Positions 34,405 through 45,467 of a DNA stretch of 64,000 nucleotides are shown here, one piece after another (within the stretch, counting starts at the first letter, position 1; the number at the start of each line of letters is the position of its first letter). Under the pieces are notes generated by a model. The model did no database searches, was not told the origin of the DNA, and saw nothing but the letters and a program-made list of their open reading frames with translations. The stretch spans positions 96,001 through 160,000 of the forward strand of contig CAWAUV010000001.1 of the NCBI GenBank assembly GCA_963785305.1. Reading direction: 5' to 3'. Both the position numbers and the translations under genes were made by a program. The DNA comes from an uncultured Planctomycetaceae bacterium. GTDB taxonomy: Bacteria; Planctomycetota; Planctomycetia; Pirellulales; PALSA-1355.

Positions 34405-35097
34405 TCACTCGTCGCTACTCGAAGCCGCGCCGCCAAAGCGGAACACATAATACGCCAGCACCGACACGGTTTGCAGCGTGTGGGCGACATAAGTCCAGGC
34501 GGCGGCGTCGAGCACCCGTTCGACACCGGCCAGTTCACGCGGATGAATGACGCCGAGTTGCACCAGTTCGACCTTCGCGCGGCTGCTGGCGTTGAACTCG
34601 ACCGGCAGGTTCACTAACTCGAAAAACACGACGCAAGAAAACAGCGCGATCCCGGCCATGATGAGCCAGGGCGCGTGCATGAACAGGCCGCCGAGCATGG
34701 CGAACATGGCAAAGCCACCGCCAAAATTGGCCACGGGCAGCGCGGCCGCCCGCACCACGAGCGGGGCATATTGCTGGGCGTCTTGCAGCGCATGGCCCGC
34801 TTCGTGCGCGGCGATGCCCACCGCGGCGATCGATGGCGTGTGAAAGACATCGGCGCTCAGTCGTAGGACTTTGTCTCGCGGGTCGTAATGGTCGGTAAGC
34901 TCCCCGGCGATCGGTTCGATGCGCACCGCGGAGAGGCCCGCGGCGTCGAGCACGCGCCGGGCCGCTTCGGCGCCGGTCATGCTCGCGGGCTCACGGCGCG
35001 CGGTATCATAGGCGCTTTTCACGCGATATTGTGCCCAAAGCCCCAATAGCACCGCGGGGGTGATGAATAAGAAATATAGCGGATCAAAGCCAAGCAT
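34405..35097 (-). CDS. Membrane zinc metallopeptidase (YugP-like)
   Basis: LTDHYDPR, AAHEAGHALQ, LPVEFNASSRA, AAAWTYV. Confidence 0.92.
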   Translation of the reverse strand: MLGFDPLYFLFITPAVLLGLWAQYRVKSAYDTARREPASMTGAEAARRVLDAAGLSAVRIEPIAGELTDHYDPRDKVLRLSADVFHTPSIAAVGIAAHEAGHALQDAQQYAPLVVRAAALPVANFGGGFAMFAMLGGLFMHAPWLIMAGIALFSCVVFFELVNLPVEFNASSRAKVELVQLGVIHPRELAGVERVLDAAAWTYVAHTLQTVSVLAYYVFRFGGAASSSDE

Positions 35098-35450
35098 TTC
35101 GCGCCTCAATTCACAATTGCCCGTTGTTTTCCCGGGGGGGCGGGGCGCCCGTGGATCGACTGGCGCCGACGGGCCGCCAGCGCCGAATCTAATTGCAAAT
35201 TCGTAACAATTCTACGTGGCCCGAGCAACTTCGGTTCGCGCCGCCCGTTCGCCGCGTTGAATGGGTGGCTTCCAGCGAAGCCGTTTCGATTTTCAACGAT
35301 GATTCCATGGTTGATTGCCCGACGGCGTTGCATTCTTCCTATTTTCTCTGTTCGCGGCCGGAGCGGGTTGATATTCTGCTTAGAGGGCGTTTCCCACCCT
35401 CCCGCTCGTTCGCCTCGCTCGACTTATTTTATTCAGGAACTCGTCGGCCC

Positions 35451-36623
35451 ATGCTTTTTCGCTCAAGACGTTTGTTTGTCATTTTTTTCGCGGTTTCGGC
35501 GCCGTGCCTGGGGCTCGTGCTCGGCTGCGGCTCATCGGACTCGCGCTTGGACTCGGCCGACGACTCGGACTCGCGCGCTGCGCGGGAGCAAGCCTCCTCC
35601 GCGCCCAGCGACGAGCAACTCCGTGAGCGGCTCGATCATGCGATCGACTACGCGCTCAATCATCGCCGCTTGAATACCGGTGACCAAGCGGCTTGGCAAG
35701 TGGTGCATGGCATTCTTTGTTTCGGACGCGATCTCCAGATCGAGCACGATGGCATGCTTGTGCCCGCGCTCGACTATCTGCTCAAAGGTGGCGAGCTCAA
35801 GGGCTGGAACATGCGTCCGACGCCGCATGGACTGCTCGCGGTGCTCGAGTCGGGCAGCAAAACCGGCCAAGGACATCCCGACCAATGGATGGGCTACATG
35901 GCCTTGGCCGGAGTGCAGCCCGACGAGGAGCTCGTCGTTGGCGGCGAGACCTATCATGTGAACGACCTCGTGACCGAAGCCCAGTGGCATATGCGCGACG
36001 GGCTCGAAGCCACGTGGCCGCTGATGGCGTTTAGCGCCTATTTGCCACTCGATGCCCGGTGGCCGGCCGAGGATGGAACCGAGTGGAATATCGAACGCGT
36101 GCTCAAAATGGAAACCGCGCAGAACTTGGCCGAAAGCGCTTGCGGCGGCACGCATCGGCTTGTCGGCCTGCTCACGGCGGTCGATCGCTATAAGAAGGAG
36201 CATCCTGGCCAAGAGCTTCCGTCGCCTTGGCGTGAAACCGACGACAAGATTCGCGCGTCGTTCGAAGCCGCCAAGAAGTTTCAACAGCCCGATGGCCGCT
36301 TCTCGACCAACTTCTTCACGCGTCCAGGCCGCAGCGACGATATCGACACCCAAATGCACGCGACCGGTCACACGCTCGAATTCGTGGTGCTCGCGGCCAA
36401 TCCGCAAGAGTTGCGGCAAAAGTGGATCGAGCGCGCCGTGGTCGATCTGCTCGATTTGCTCGACGCCACCGAGACCGTGAATCTCGAGTGCGGCGGATTG
36501 TATCATGCCGTGCGCGGTCTGAAGCTGTATCGCGAGCGACGATTCGGCGCCCCGGCTTCCAGCGTCGATCCTTCGGTTCCGCGGCTCCCGACCGAGGCGG
36601 CGCTCGATGACAACCGCCGTTGA
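35451..36623 (+). CDS. Hypothetical lipoprotein
   Basis: Lipobox LVLGC after a hydrophobic segment; globular helical domain (WQVVHG, QGHPDQW, ACGGTH, QQPDGRFS, GHTLEF). Confidence 0.7.
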   Translation: MLFRSRRLFVIFFAVSAPCLGLVLGCGSSDSRLDSADDSDSRAAREQASSAPSDEQLRERLDHAIDYALNHRRLNTGDQAAWQVVHGILCFGRDLQIEHDGMLVPALDYLLKGGELKGWNMRPTPHGLLAVLESGSKTGQGHPDQWMGYMALAGVQPDEELVVGGETYHVNDLVTEAQWHMRDGLEATWPLMAFSAYLPLDARWPAEDGTEWNIERVLKMETAQNLAESACGGTHRLVGLLTAVDRYKKEHPGQELPSPWRETDDKIRASFEAAKKFQQPDGRFSTNFFTRPGRSDDIDTQMHATGHTLEFVVLAANPQELRQKWIERAVVDLLDLLDATETVNLECGGLYHAVRGLKLYRERRFGAPASSVDPSVPRLPTEAALDDNRR

Positions 36624-36693
36624 GACGGTCGCGGGATGACGCGCTGATCGATCGCGCTCCGCCGCGCGCGACCGCGCGATGGGTTTTCCCGGC

Positions 36694-38102
36694 TCAGCGC
36701 GTGTAGGTATGCCGGCCGGTGTAGCGGCAGCCAACCAAGAACATCGGCTGGCCGTGGTTCACTTTGGGCGTGATATGCACCAAGCGGGCCAAGAGATAGG
36801 TCTGCGATGCGCCCGAGCCAAACGCCACGATGATGTCGTTTTCCACCGGCCGTGTCGGCGTGAAGTAGGAAAACCCACCAGCGCCGATGTCGTTGCATTC
36901 GACTTCGCGAAATTCGTGCAGCCCGGGCATCTGGCCGCCGACGATCGGGGCCATGCGCTGCATGTAGGGATAGGGCCGCCGCGGACGAAACCGCCGTTCG
37001 GTCGACTTGGCGCCGTTGGCCATCGCCGCGCCGCTTGCGCCGGCGGGACTCGTCGGCCGCGCGAGCGGGTCTTCGGAAGCGGCGGCGCTTTCATTCGAGG
37101 CGTCCATCGCGCGCGCTCCGCGGCGCGTTGCATGCGGTTTTCGAGCTCCCATTTCTCGGTCACATCCACGCCCGCGCCCATCAAGGCCAAACCGCCATGT
37201 TCGGCCCCGGCCACGCGCGTAAACGCCCAGGCCACGCGGCGGCGGTTTCCATGTTTGGTGAGCACCCAGCATTCGAATTGCGCCGGCGGCGCGTCGGGCA
37301 AAAGGCGAGCGAGCACCGTCTGAACGAGCGACGTGTCTTCCGGCGCGATCAACACTCCGCAAATTGCCCGCTGGCGAATCTCGGCGAGCGTGAATTCGGT
37401 AAGCGACTCGCAGGCCCGATTGATGTTCAGGATACGCGACTCTCCATCGAGCGCCACGACCGCCGCTTCGACGGTGTTGAGCAGCGCGGCGTCGAAACGC
37501 AACTGCTCCGTGAGCGCTTGTTCGGCGCGATTGCGGGCAATGGTTGTCGTGACCAAGTGCCCGATCGTTTCGACACACATCAGATCGTGCGCCGTGAATC
37601 GATAGGGCGACAAATTCGCGACCAGCAACGCCCCATAGACCTGCGCTCCCAGCTTGAGCGGGCAGGCCACGGCGCTTTGCACCTGACTGCGGCGGAGGAG
37701 CGGGTCGCGAAAGCGCGATTCCTTTACCAAGTCCGACGTTTCCACCGGCTGGCCTTGCGCGAGCGCGAAGCCGGCCAAGGAATCGTCGGCGCGGTCGGAA
37801 GTGCGATGGGTTCCAGCCGCGCATTGCACACCGGCCCGAGCCGGCGATAGTTCCACGCTGAGCGTGCTGTCGCCATTGACGAGCGCGACGCCGGAAATAT
37901 CGAGCCGCAACGCTTCGGCGAGCAGACCCGCGGCGTCGTCGATGAGCGACGTGGTGTCCTTGGCGACCAATGCTCTCCGGCCGACGGCCACGACCGCCAT
38001 TTGCCAGCGATCTTGAATTGAATCGCTCGCGGCCGCGGGATCGAGAATCAACGCGGCATCGCCCGAGGCGGAAGACGCCGATTCGTGAAGTTGCGTGGTC
38101 AT
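36694..38102 (-). CDS. GAF + PAS + PilZ-like signalling protein; frameshift near 37110
   Basis: GAF (SLAGFAL..D...E.RF..SAVACPL); PAS (LNINRACESLTEF..TKHG..GVDVTEK); C-terminal RRFRPRRPYP..NDIGAGGFSY..LVGCRY in ORF 36694..37824. Confidence 0.7.
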
Positions 38103-38332
38103 GATCGTTTCAAGCCTTGCGGGCCACGAGCAACCGCGGGATTGCAAACAGCGCGCGGTAGAGGCAATGCGCCAGTCGAGCTTTCCATGAAAACATAGAA
38201 TACTCCCTTGGCAGCGTGGCGGCCGTCCCGCGAAATTGGCGCGGTTTCGACGACTATGTAAGAAATACAGTCGGCGGGGGCCGAACCGATGACGCGGCTC
38301 AAGGCCGCTCGTAGCGATTGCGCTGGCGAGCG

Positions 38333-40060
38333 CTACCGCCAATTCGGCCGCCAAGCTCGCGATGGGCCGATATTGCCCGCGACCGGAGCGGTCGTGGCTT
38401 GCGACCTCGCGGCAGGGGGACTCGCGACCGGCGGAACGCCGGCATCACGCGCGACTTCGAGCGACGTGAGATGTCGCGCGTCTTGGGTCGAACGCTCGGC
38501 GGACAATTGCCGCAGAAACGCCGGAGTGGCCCGATCAAGAATAATGACTTCGCTCTTGGCCTGGGGATCGTTGAGCGGGCGAACAATGCAAATGACTTCG
38601 GCGTTTTGCCCTTTCTGAGCCAGCGCGCCCAGAGTGGCCTGTTCTTGCGGCGTGAGCGGCGCCGCGGCTCGCGACGCGAGATCGGAATCGGCGAGCCCAG
38701 CCACGGCGGCGTTGGCCATGTTCATCGCCATCGCGGCGCCCGGGGCTCCGGCCCAAGCCGATAGCGCGCTCGGCGGCATGCGCGCCGGCATGCTGGGCCC
38801 GCTCGCGTTCGCGGCGCCTCCGCCGGCGGTTCCCGCGGCGCCGCTGGTTGCCAGCGAAGCCGGGTTCGCGCTCGGGCGACGATAGATCGCGGCGAGTCCC
38901 ATTTGATCGAGCTGTTCATGAATCACCGGAGTCGCCGCGTACATGCCTTCGTTGTCGGCCGGGTCGGCGGCGTTACATACACCGATCACATAGCCATTGG
39001 CCGAAAATAGCCCGCCGCCGCTGCGGCCTTGCGTCGGTTGGCCGGCGACTTCGACATTGGCTGGCCCCAGGAATTTATTGAGCCGAGTGACGCGGCTTTC
39101 GCGCGGGGTGGGGTCGGCTCCGTTGTCGCAGCCCACGCTCACGACCCGATCGCCCACGCGCGCCTGATGTCCACTTGGCGCGACCGGCGCCGTGGCCACC
39201 AGCCCGCGCGGACGAATACTCACGAGCCCGATGTCTCGCTTAAGATCGTAGCCAATGACTTGGCCTGGAAGTTTCGACTGCGGATTGGCGCCGAACAGGT
39301 CGACCGTGATTTTGCCCTTGCCTTTCGATTCGCGGAAGATGTGTCCGCAGGTGAGGATCAATGCTTCGCCGCTCCGCGAATCGATCAGCGTGCCCGAGCC
39401 ATAGGAAAAACCGGTGGCGTCTTCCACCGTCAAACGCACGCTCGCGGCCAAGCAGGCGGCGGAAGACAACGCTTGCGAGGGCGAGCCCGCGGCGGATGTC
39501 GACATGGCAGCCGAAGGCGATGCGCCCTTCGAGCCCGCGAACGGATTTCCCGACGGTATGAACGGGCTGCCGACCGGCGCGGGCATTGTGCTTGTCGACG
39601 ATTGCGATCCCGAGCTCGAACTTCCGCCCGGCCCTGCCGCCACCGAAGTCCATGACGTCGCCGCGCTAGCCGCCGAGCGAGGGCTTTGGCTCGCCCGCGC
39701 GTCGGCCGAAGAGGGCCGGGCTTTCGCGAACAGCGACTGCAAATCGGCGGCGTTTTGCGCCCCCTCGAGTCGTCCGACCTCGCGCCCGCCATCGACCAAC
39801 ACGAAGGCCGGCACGACGGTCACTTGGAACTGCCTTGCCAATTCGCGGCTTTGGTTGATATTCACCTTGCGAATCGGGTATCCGGCGGCCATCAACTGAC
39901 CGACCGTGCCTTCCATCGAGCGGCAAGGACCGCAGCTTTCGGAAAAAAAGTCGAGCAATACCAGATCGCGATTTCCCTCGCTCTGCCCCTTGGCCGGCGA
40001 AGCGAGCGACAACAAGCCAATGCAAAGAGCGGTCCAAATGGCGAGTTGCGTTCGTGGCAT
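38333..40060 (-). CDS. Secreted thioredoxin-domain + trypsin-like serine peptidase
   Basis: Signal peptide; DFFSESCGPCRSM; GSGTLI..LTCGH, DIGLV, GRSGGGLF. Confidence 0.85.
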   Translation of the reverse strand: MPRTQLAIWTALCIGLLSLASPAKGQSEGNRDLVLLDFFSESCGPCRSMEGTVGQLMAAGYPIRKVNINQSRELARQFQVTVVPAFVLVDGGREVGRLEGAQNAADLQSLFAKARPSSADARASQSPRSAASAATSWTSVAAGPGGSSSSGSQSSTSTMPAPVGSPFIPSGNPFAGSKGASPSAAMSTSAAGSPSQALSSAACLAASVRLTVEDATGFSYGSGTLIDSRSGEALILTCGHIFRESKGKGKITVDLFGANPQSKLPGQVIGYDLKRDIGLVSIRPRGLVATAPVAPSGHQARVGDRVVSVGCDNGADPTPRESRVTRLNKFLGPANVEVAGQPTQGRSGGGLFSANGYVIGVCNAADPADNEGMYAATPVIHEQLDQMGLAAIYRRPSANPASLATSGAAGTAGGGAANASGPSMPARMPPSALSAWAGAPGAAMAMNMANAAVAGLADSDLASRAAAPLTPQEQATLGALAQKGQNAEVICIVRPLNDPQAKSEVIILDRATPAFLRQLSAERSTQDARHLTSLEVARDAGVPPVASPPAARSQATTAPVAGNIGPSRAWRPNWR

Positions 40061-40646
40061 GAGGGATCCCTCCCAAAAAAATGATTTCGCGTCAGCCATG
40101 GGGCGCCGACGAAAGAACCGCGCTTCCTTGCGCGGACTGCATTTGCCGGGAGGGGGCGGCAAGCGTTTGCAAGCCAACCGAAAGAACGGCGCCTTGTTGA
40201 TCCGACATCACGGCGCGGCCGTGGACGCAAAACAACTCGGAGCGGATTCGGGGCTGCGCGGCGCCTGAAGCAACATCCCTGTTGGCTTCCAAGGGCGGTC
40301 GATTCGTGAGGGAAATAAACGAGTGCGGTGAGATTCCAAAGCGGTCTCGGGCAGTATCGAAGCGCGGCGAGTAGCTCCGCGCGTTGGGCAATGGCTCGAC
40401 GTTCCCGTCGCGAAAACCGCTCGAAAAGCGGCTCTCGGCGCCATCGGCTCGCGAGCCCGACATCATGCCGGACTTCGTGAGCGGGGCGGATCATCGTCGA
40501 ACGAGCGATTTCGTTCAATCTCAATTCAGCCGCGAAAGAGAAAGATTTTTTCGCGTTCCGCGCCAAGCCGCGATTCAGCAGCAGAGTCGCCAGCGGACCC
40601 GAACGGGGAGCCCCACGAAAACAACGGCGCTGTCCCATTGCGCCGT

Positions 40647-42980
40647 TCAGGGGGGATTCGCCGCGAGCGATTGCATTCGCGATCGATCCGCGGCGTCGAG
40701 CTTCTTGTCCAAGTGCGGCGTGAGCGCGTCGAGCCGTAGCGATTCGCGCGCCGCGGCGCCGGCAAGCTCCGGGCGGCCGATGCGGTCGTAAATGTCGGCC
40801 GCCACCGCGCGGGTGCGGGCACTGTTCGGATAAAGCTCCTCGGCTCGCTCGGCGTGATGCTCGGCCGCCGAGCGATCCGCCGTGATGTGGTCATGCTGAT
40901 ATATCTCGGCGAAGTAGCGCGCCGCTTCGAGCCACGCGCTGCTCGATCGCGGCCGAAGGCGCAGCCACGCATCGACCGCGCCGTGAAATCGCCGCTCGAG
41001 CTCGCCGCGCTCGGGGTCGTCGCCCGCCACCGCCAATAGCTCGGCCGCGAGTTGTCGCGCGAGCGCGCGCGGCGGATCGCCCGAGAGCGAATCAGCGCGT
41101 GTCGCGGCGAGCAAGGTCAGCAACCGCTCGCTCGCTTCGCGGGGCGTTTTGGCCTCAAGGTCGAGCGCGCGTTGCATGAGCGCGGCGGAGGCGAGCACCG
41201 GCTGATACGCGGTGACGAAGCAGGCGAATCCACCGCAGGCGATCGCCGTGAGCAGCAGAATCGGCACAAGTCGGCGCCCGGTGCGCAGGCCCGAGATCGG
41301 TGGCTGGTTCCTGGGCAGCTCCGTCGGCGGATCCGAGACGCTTCCCAAGGCGATGAGCAACCACAATGAGCCGGCGACTCCCGGAAAGCCGATACCGCCC
41401 GCGGCGAGCAAATGCACGAGCATTCCCAGAACCGCCATCGCCACGTGCCCGCGCCGCAAGACCCCGCCGCGCGTCCAAGGCGCGAGCAATCGCCAAGCCA
41501 AGGCGGCGCCGACGAGAAGCAGCGCCATGCGTCCCCATGTGAGCGGCACGATGTCGAACAAACTGATTGCCTTGGCGATGGCGATGCCCGCGAGCCCGCC
41601 CCAGGCAAACAGGCTCGACAGAGCCCGTGAGCCGCCGTTTTCCCTCGAGCCGCCGCGGGCTTGGGTTTCGGAAGTCGAAGGATCGAGGTCCCCCGCGGAG
41701 TGAATCCCGCGGCGCGCGAACTGCAAGAAAAACAGCCCGACCACCGCGAGCATCGCCAGCGCCGCGGGAATGCCGGCCGTGGCCGCCAGCTCCACGATAA
41801 AATTGTGCGGATCGCGGATCTCCTCACTGGCCGCTGGTAGTTTAAACGCGGTGTAGCAATCTTGAAAATTGCCGGGTCCACACCCCAGCCAAGGATTGTC
41901 GCGAATCATGGCCCACGAGGCTTGCCAGTATTCAAGTCGATAGCCGAGCGACTTGCGCGCTCCGGCCACGAGATTGCCGGCCATGCCCTCGGCGAGCGCG
42001 AAGACCAGCGCCGCGACCGCCGCCACGAAAGCCAGCCCCACGGCGAGCGCGATCCATCGAATGTGTCTAGCGCGGGTGAGTCGATCGACCGCCTGTCCGT
42101 GTTCCAGCCACGCGAGCGTCGCGAGCCCGCCGCATGCGACGAACACTCCGACCCACGCGCCGCGGCAGTGGGTCAATAGCAAACATCCGCCAATCGCGGC
42201 GGCCACGATTCCGAGGCGCGCCAGCCCCGCGCGATCGATGGGCGATGCTCCCGATGCTCCGGGGGCCCCGGCCGCTGAAATCAGCAGCCCGATCGCCACG
42301 ATGAACCACGGCGCCATGTAGCCCGCGAGCGAATTGGCGAGAGCAAACGTGGCCACCGGCTCGGGGCTGTTGAGACGATCTTGAAACTGCTTGCGCTCGA
42401 CCGTGCCCGCGGCGTAGTCCCAACCCGCCGCGCGAAGCACCGCATCGGGCGCGTGCTGGAAGGCCGCCTGGTCGGCGGGCATCTCCACGAACACCTGCTC
42501 ATAGCCGATCGCGGCAAGTCCCACGGCCAGCGACAGCATCGCCGCCGCGAGGCCGCGGGCAATCGCGGAGTCACGAACCAACTGTCGCGCGCAAAAAAAA
42601 CCGAGCCCCATGCCTATCCATTCCCAGAGCATGTTCACCGCGGGGCGCGGACTGCCGGAGCCGAGCGCTGCGGTGGCGGCGAGCGTGTGCCAAGCAATCA
42701 GCGCGAGCGCGGCGGCGTCGAGCGAACCAAGCGGCGTCGGAAGACCATCACGATGCATCGCCTGGAACACGATGGCCGCCGCGAGCACGAACCATGCCAT
42801 GACCCAAGGCAGGCCATCGCCGACCCACGAGACGCCCTCGCTCGCCAGCAGCGGCCGGCCGACAAAAAGCGCCGTCAGGGCCACGAGCAGCAGACGGTCG
42901 CTCAACGGTCGAACTGCGAGTCGATTCGGCGAAGCCTGATCGCCGCGAGTGGGAACAGCATGCGAATTCGATTTCGCCAT
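40647..42980 (-). CDS. O-antigen ligase (Wzy_C)-like multi-TM protein with C-terminal TPR-like region
   Basis: ATFALANSLAG, LLTHCRGAW, YRLEYW..PWLGCGPGNF, DPHNFIVE. Confidence 0.8.
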   Translation of the reverse strand: MAKSNSHAVPTRGDQASPNRLAVRPLSDRLLLVALTALFVGRPLLASEGVSWVGDGLPWVMAWFVLAAAIVFQAMHRDGLPTPLGSLDAAALALIAWHTLAATAALGSGSPRPAVNMLWEWIGMGLGFFCARQLVRDSAIARGLAAAMLSLAVGLAAIGYEQVFVEMPADQAAFQHAPDAVLRAAGWDYAAGTVERKQFQDRLNSPEPVATFALANSLAGYMAPWFIVAIGLLISAAGAPGASGASPIDRAGLARLGIVAAAIGGCLLLTHCRGAWVGVFVACGGLATLAWLEHGQAVDRLTRARHIRWIALAVGLAFVAAVAALVFALAEGMAGNLVAGARKSLGYRLEYWQASWAMIRDNPWLGCGPGNFQDCYTAFKLPAASEEIRDPHNFIVELAATAGIPAALAMLAVVGLFFLQFARRGIHSAGDLDPSTSETQARGGSRENGGSRALSSLFAWGGLAGIAIAKAISLFDIVPLTWGRMALLLVGAALAWRLLAPWTRGGVLRRGHVAMAVLGMLVHLLAAGGIGFPGVAGSLWLLIALGSVSDPPTELPRNQPPISGLRTGRRLVPILLLTAIACGGFACFVTAYQPVLASAALMQRALDLEAKTPREASERLLTLLAATRADSLSGDPPRALARQLAAELLAVAGDDPERGELERRFHGAVDAWLRLRPRSSSAWLEAARYFAEIYQHDHITADRSAAEHHAERAEELYPNSARTRAVAADIYDRIGRPELAGAAARESLRLDALTPHLDKKLDAADRSRMQSLAANPP

Positions 42981-43076
42981 CGTGAAACACCCTCGTGAAA
43001 CGCCAGCGCACATGAAACGCCCGCGCACTCGTGAATTGCCGGCCACCCGCCGAGCGCCGCGGCCCCACGCGATTTA

Positions 43077-43153
43077 GAGCCTATCCGACAACTTCCCCCT
43101 CTCCCATTGGGAGAGGGTAGGGTGAGGGCCCGAGGAATTTTTCGGATAGGCTG
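43077..43153. mobile_element. ~77 bp MITE/REP-like element, copy 2
   Basis: TTA-GAGCCTATCCGA...TCGGATAGGCTG-TTA; core CCCCTCTCCCATTGGGAGAGGGTAGGGTGAGGG; right TTA is the stop codon of the adjacent gene. Confidence 0.75.
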
Positions 43154-44207
43154 TTAATGGCCGCGAGCCGTTCGCCGTCGGTGGAGCATGGCTTCGGTGC
43201 TCGCCGCCAGAATCATCATCAGCGCCACGGCGGCCAGCGCTCCGGCGCCGATTGCCGGGCTCGCTCGCTGCGCCACGAGCGCTAGGCCTCCCGTGACCAA
43301 GGTAGCGACGTGGATCATGAACACCGCCGCTCGACGCGACAACCCGAGCACCACGAGGCGATGCGAGACATGGCTCCGATCGGGCGCGAAGGGACTTCGC
43401 CCCTGGACAAGTCGGATCGTCACCACGCTCACCATATCATAAAGCGGCGTCGCGAGCGCACACCGGCGCGAACCGATCGATCCCCGTCTGCGTGGCGCCG
43501 GCGATCGCATCGACGCTCGAAGCGCCGAGCACGAATCCCGTGAAGTAGCTGCCCGCGTCGCCCATGAACAGTCGGGCCGGCGAGCGATTGTGCCACAAAA
43601 AGCCTCCGAGCGCTCCACAGAGCGCCGCGAGCGCGAGGGCATCGCCGCGGAGCGCGTCGCGAGCGGAGGACGCGTGGCTGCCGACCAAATCCGGTGGCCC
43701 CGCGCCGAGGGCGAGCGCCGCGAGAAAGGCGGCCGCGATCGCGCCGACGCCGCCGGCCAGCGCGTCCATGTTGTCGAGCATGTTGAGCGCATTGAGCTGT
43801 GCGACGATCCATAGGCTAGCCAAGGCCAGCAGCCAGGGCGCCATGACGATGCCGGTGAATGTGTCGCCCAGCGAAAGGACAAACGCTCCGGCCACGAGCA
43901 GTTCGACCGCCAGCCGCGGCTTCCAAGAAATCCGCCAGCGGTCGTCCATGGCGCCGAGCGCGAGCATTGCCCCGGCGCCGAGCGGCAGAGGGCCGGCCAG
44001 CGATTGTCGATCGAACGTCAGCATTGCGGCGAGCACGCCCGCGGCGACCGCGAATCCTCCGCCCCAGGGGGTCGGAGCCGCGTGGTCCTTGCGTCCGCCG
44101 GGCGTATCGAGCCAGCCCCTAGCATGCGCAACGCGCCGAATCACAAAACACGCGATCCACGAGACCCCAAGGCCGACCGCGGCCGGAAGAAGCAATTGCG
44201 TTTGCAT
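43154..44207 (-). CDS. MraY/WecA-family polyprenyl-phosphate GlcNAc-1-phosphate transferase; frameshift near 43460
   Basis: DTPGGRKDH..PTPWGGG, GAMDD, NALNMLDNMDAL, LFMGDAGS, PFAPDRSHVSHRL. Confidence 0.88.
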
Positions 44208-44211
44208 GGAT

Positions 44212-44789
44212 TCATGCCTCGGACGGTCGGACGTCGGGCGATTGGTCCTTTGGCGCTTGAGTCGCCGCGAGCTTGAGACGCTCGCGGCACTCGGCGAAAA
44301 ACGCCTGGTAGTCCGCGCGGCGATAGTCGGGAAAGGTCCACTCCCGCGGCTGCCAGCGGCGGTCGCGATAAACGAGCGTCACCTCGGCAAAGATTCCATG
44401 GCCCAGATAAAGGCGATGCGCATGATCCTTGGTCGACGCCAACACCAGCTTGGCGAGGGTCAGATAACCGGGGTCGATGTTGAGCGGCCGCGAGTCGGGA
44501 TGCTCGCTCTCGGCGGCGTATTCGCTTTCCCAAAGATTGGCGGCGAGTTTTCGCTGGGGGAGGCAGGCCGGATCGACGGGCGGCTCGAGCGCCCAAAAAC
44601 ACTTCTTGAGCGCCGGGCCCATGGTCGGTTCGTAGTAGCTGGTTTCCTGAAAATCGAACCGGGGACTTTCGAGCGAGATCGCGCCCAGCGCTCGGCGATT
44701 CGGCGCCGCGTCCAGGCGAGCGCCGCTTCATGCCGGCTAAAGGCCGCCACGAGAAACAGCGCCGGCAAGGGAGATTGAACGGCGCCCAT
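44212..44789 (-). CDS. DUF4416-like protein; frameshift near 44680
   Basis: MGAVQSP..; F.ET.YY..TMG..L.K, RPLNIDPGYL..LVLASTKDHAHRLYL..GIFAEV..WTFPDY. Confidence 0.8.
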
Positions 44790-44945
44790 GGCGTTTTGCC
44801 GGTCGCGGGCCCAAGGAACTCGGAACAGGTTCAATCGATCGAATCGCCCGCCCCGGCGCAGGCGCCCGCCGCCGCGGCCGAGCGCTGATTGCTTATCCCC
44901 ACCCCGCCGACGGAACACCGATCGCCGAAAACGAACTCCCCCCAC

Positions 44946-45467
44946 TCACACCGCGCTCTTAATCGCCTTGAGCGCCGCGTCGTAGTTAGGCTCGCTGGCC
45001 ACTTCCTTCACTTGTTCGGCGTACACCACTTTGCCGTCTTTATCGAGCACGAATACTCCGCGAGCCAGGAGCTGAAGTTCCTCGATCAGCATGCCCCAGT
45101 TCTTGCCGAAATTGCGATCGTGGTAATCGCTGGCCGAACGCATGTTCTTGATGTGCTCGGCGCCGCAAAAGCGATTCATTGCAAACGGCAAATCGACACT
45201 TACCGTGAGCGAGTGAATCTTGTCGCCCAGCTTGCCCAATTCCTCGTTGAACTTCTTGGTCTGGATCTGGCACACCGGCGTGTCGAGCGAGGGCACCACG
45301 CTGATAACCGCGGGCTTGCCCTTGAGATCGGCTGGCGTGATCGATTTCATTTCCCCGGATTCATAGGCATGCAGTTTGAACTCGGGGGCCGGTTTTCCGA
45401 CCACCACGGCCTCGCCGGCCAAAGTCAACGGGGCGCCTTTGAATGTTACCGCTCCGTGTCGCGACAT
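44946..45467 (-). CDS. tpx: Thiol peroxidase (atypical 2-Cys peroxiredoxin)
   Basis: VTFKG, VVPSLDTPVC, SVDLPFAMNRFC, LLARGVFV, EPNYD. Confidence 0.95.
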   Translation of the reverse strand: MSRHGAVTFKGAPLTLAGEAVVVGKPAPEFKLHAYESGEMKSITPADLKGKPAVISVVPSLDTPVCQIQTKKFNEELGKLGDKIHSLTVSVDLPFAMNRFCGAEHIKNMRSASDYHDRNFGKNWGMLIEELQLLARGVFVLDKDGKVVYAEQVKEVASEPNYDAALKAIKSAV

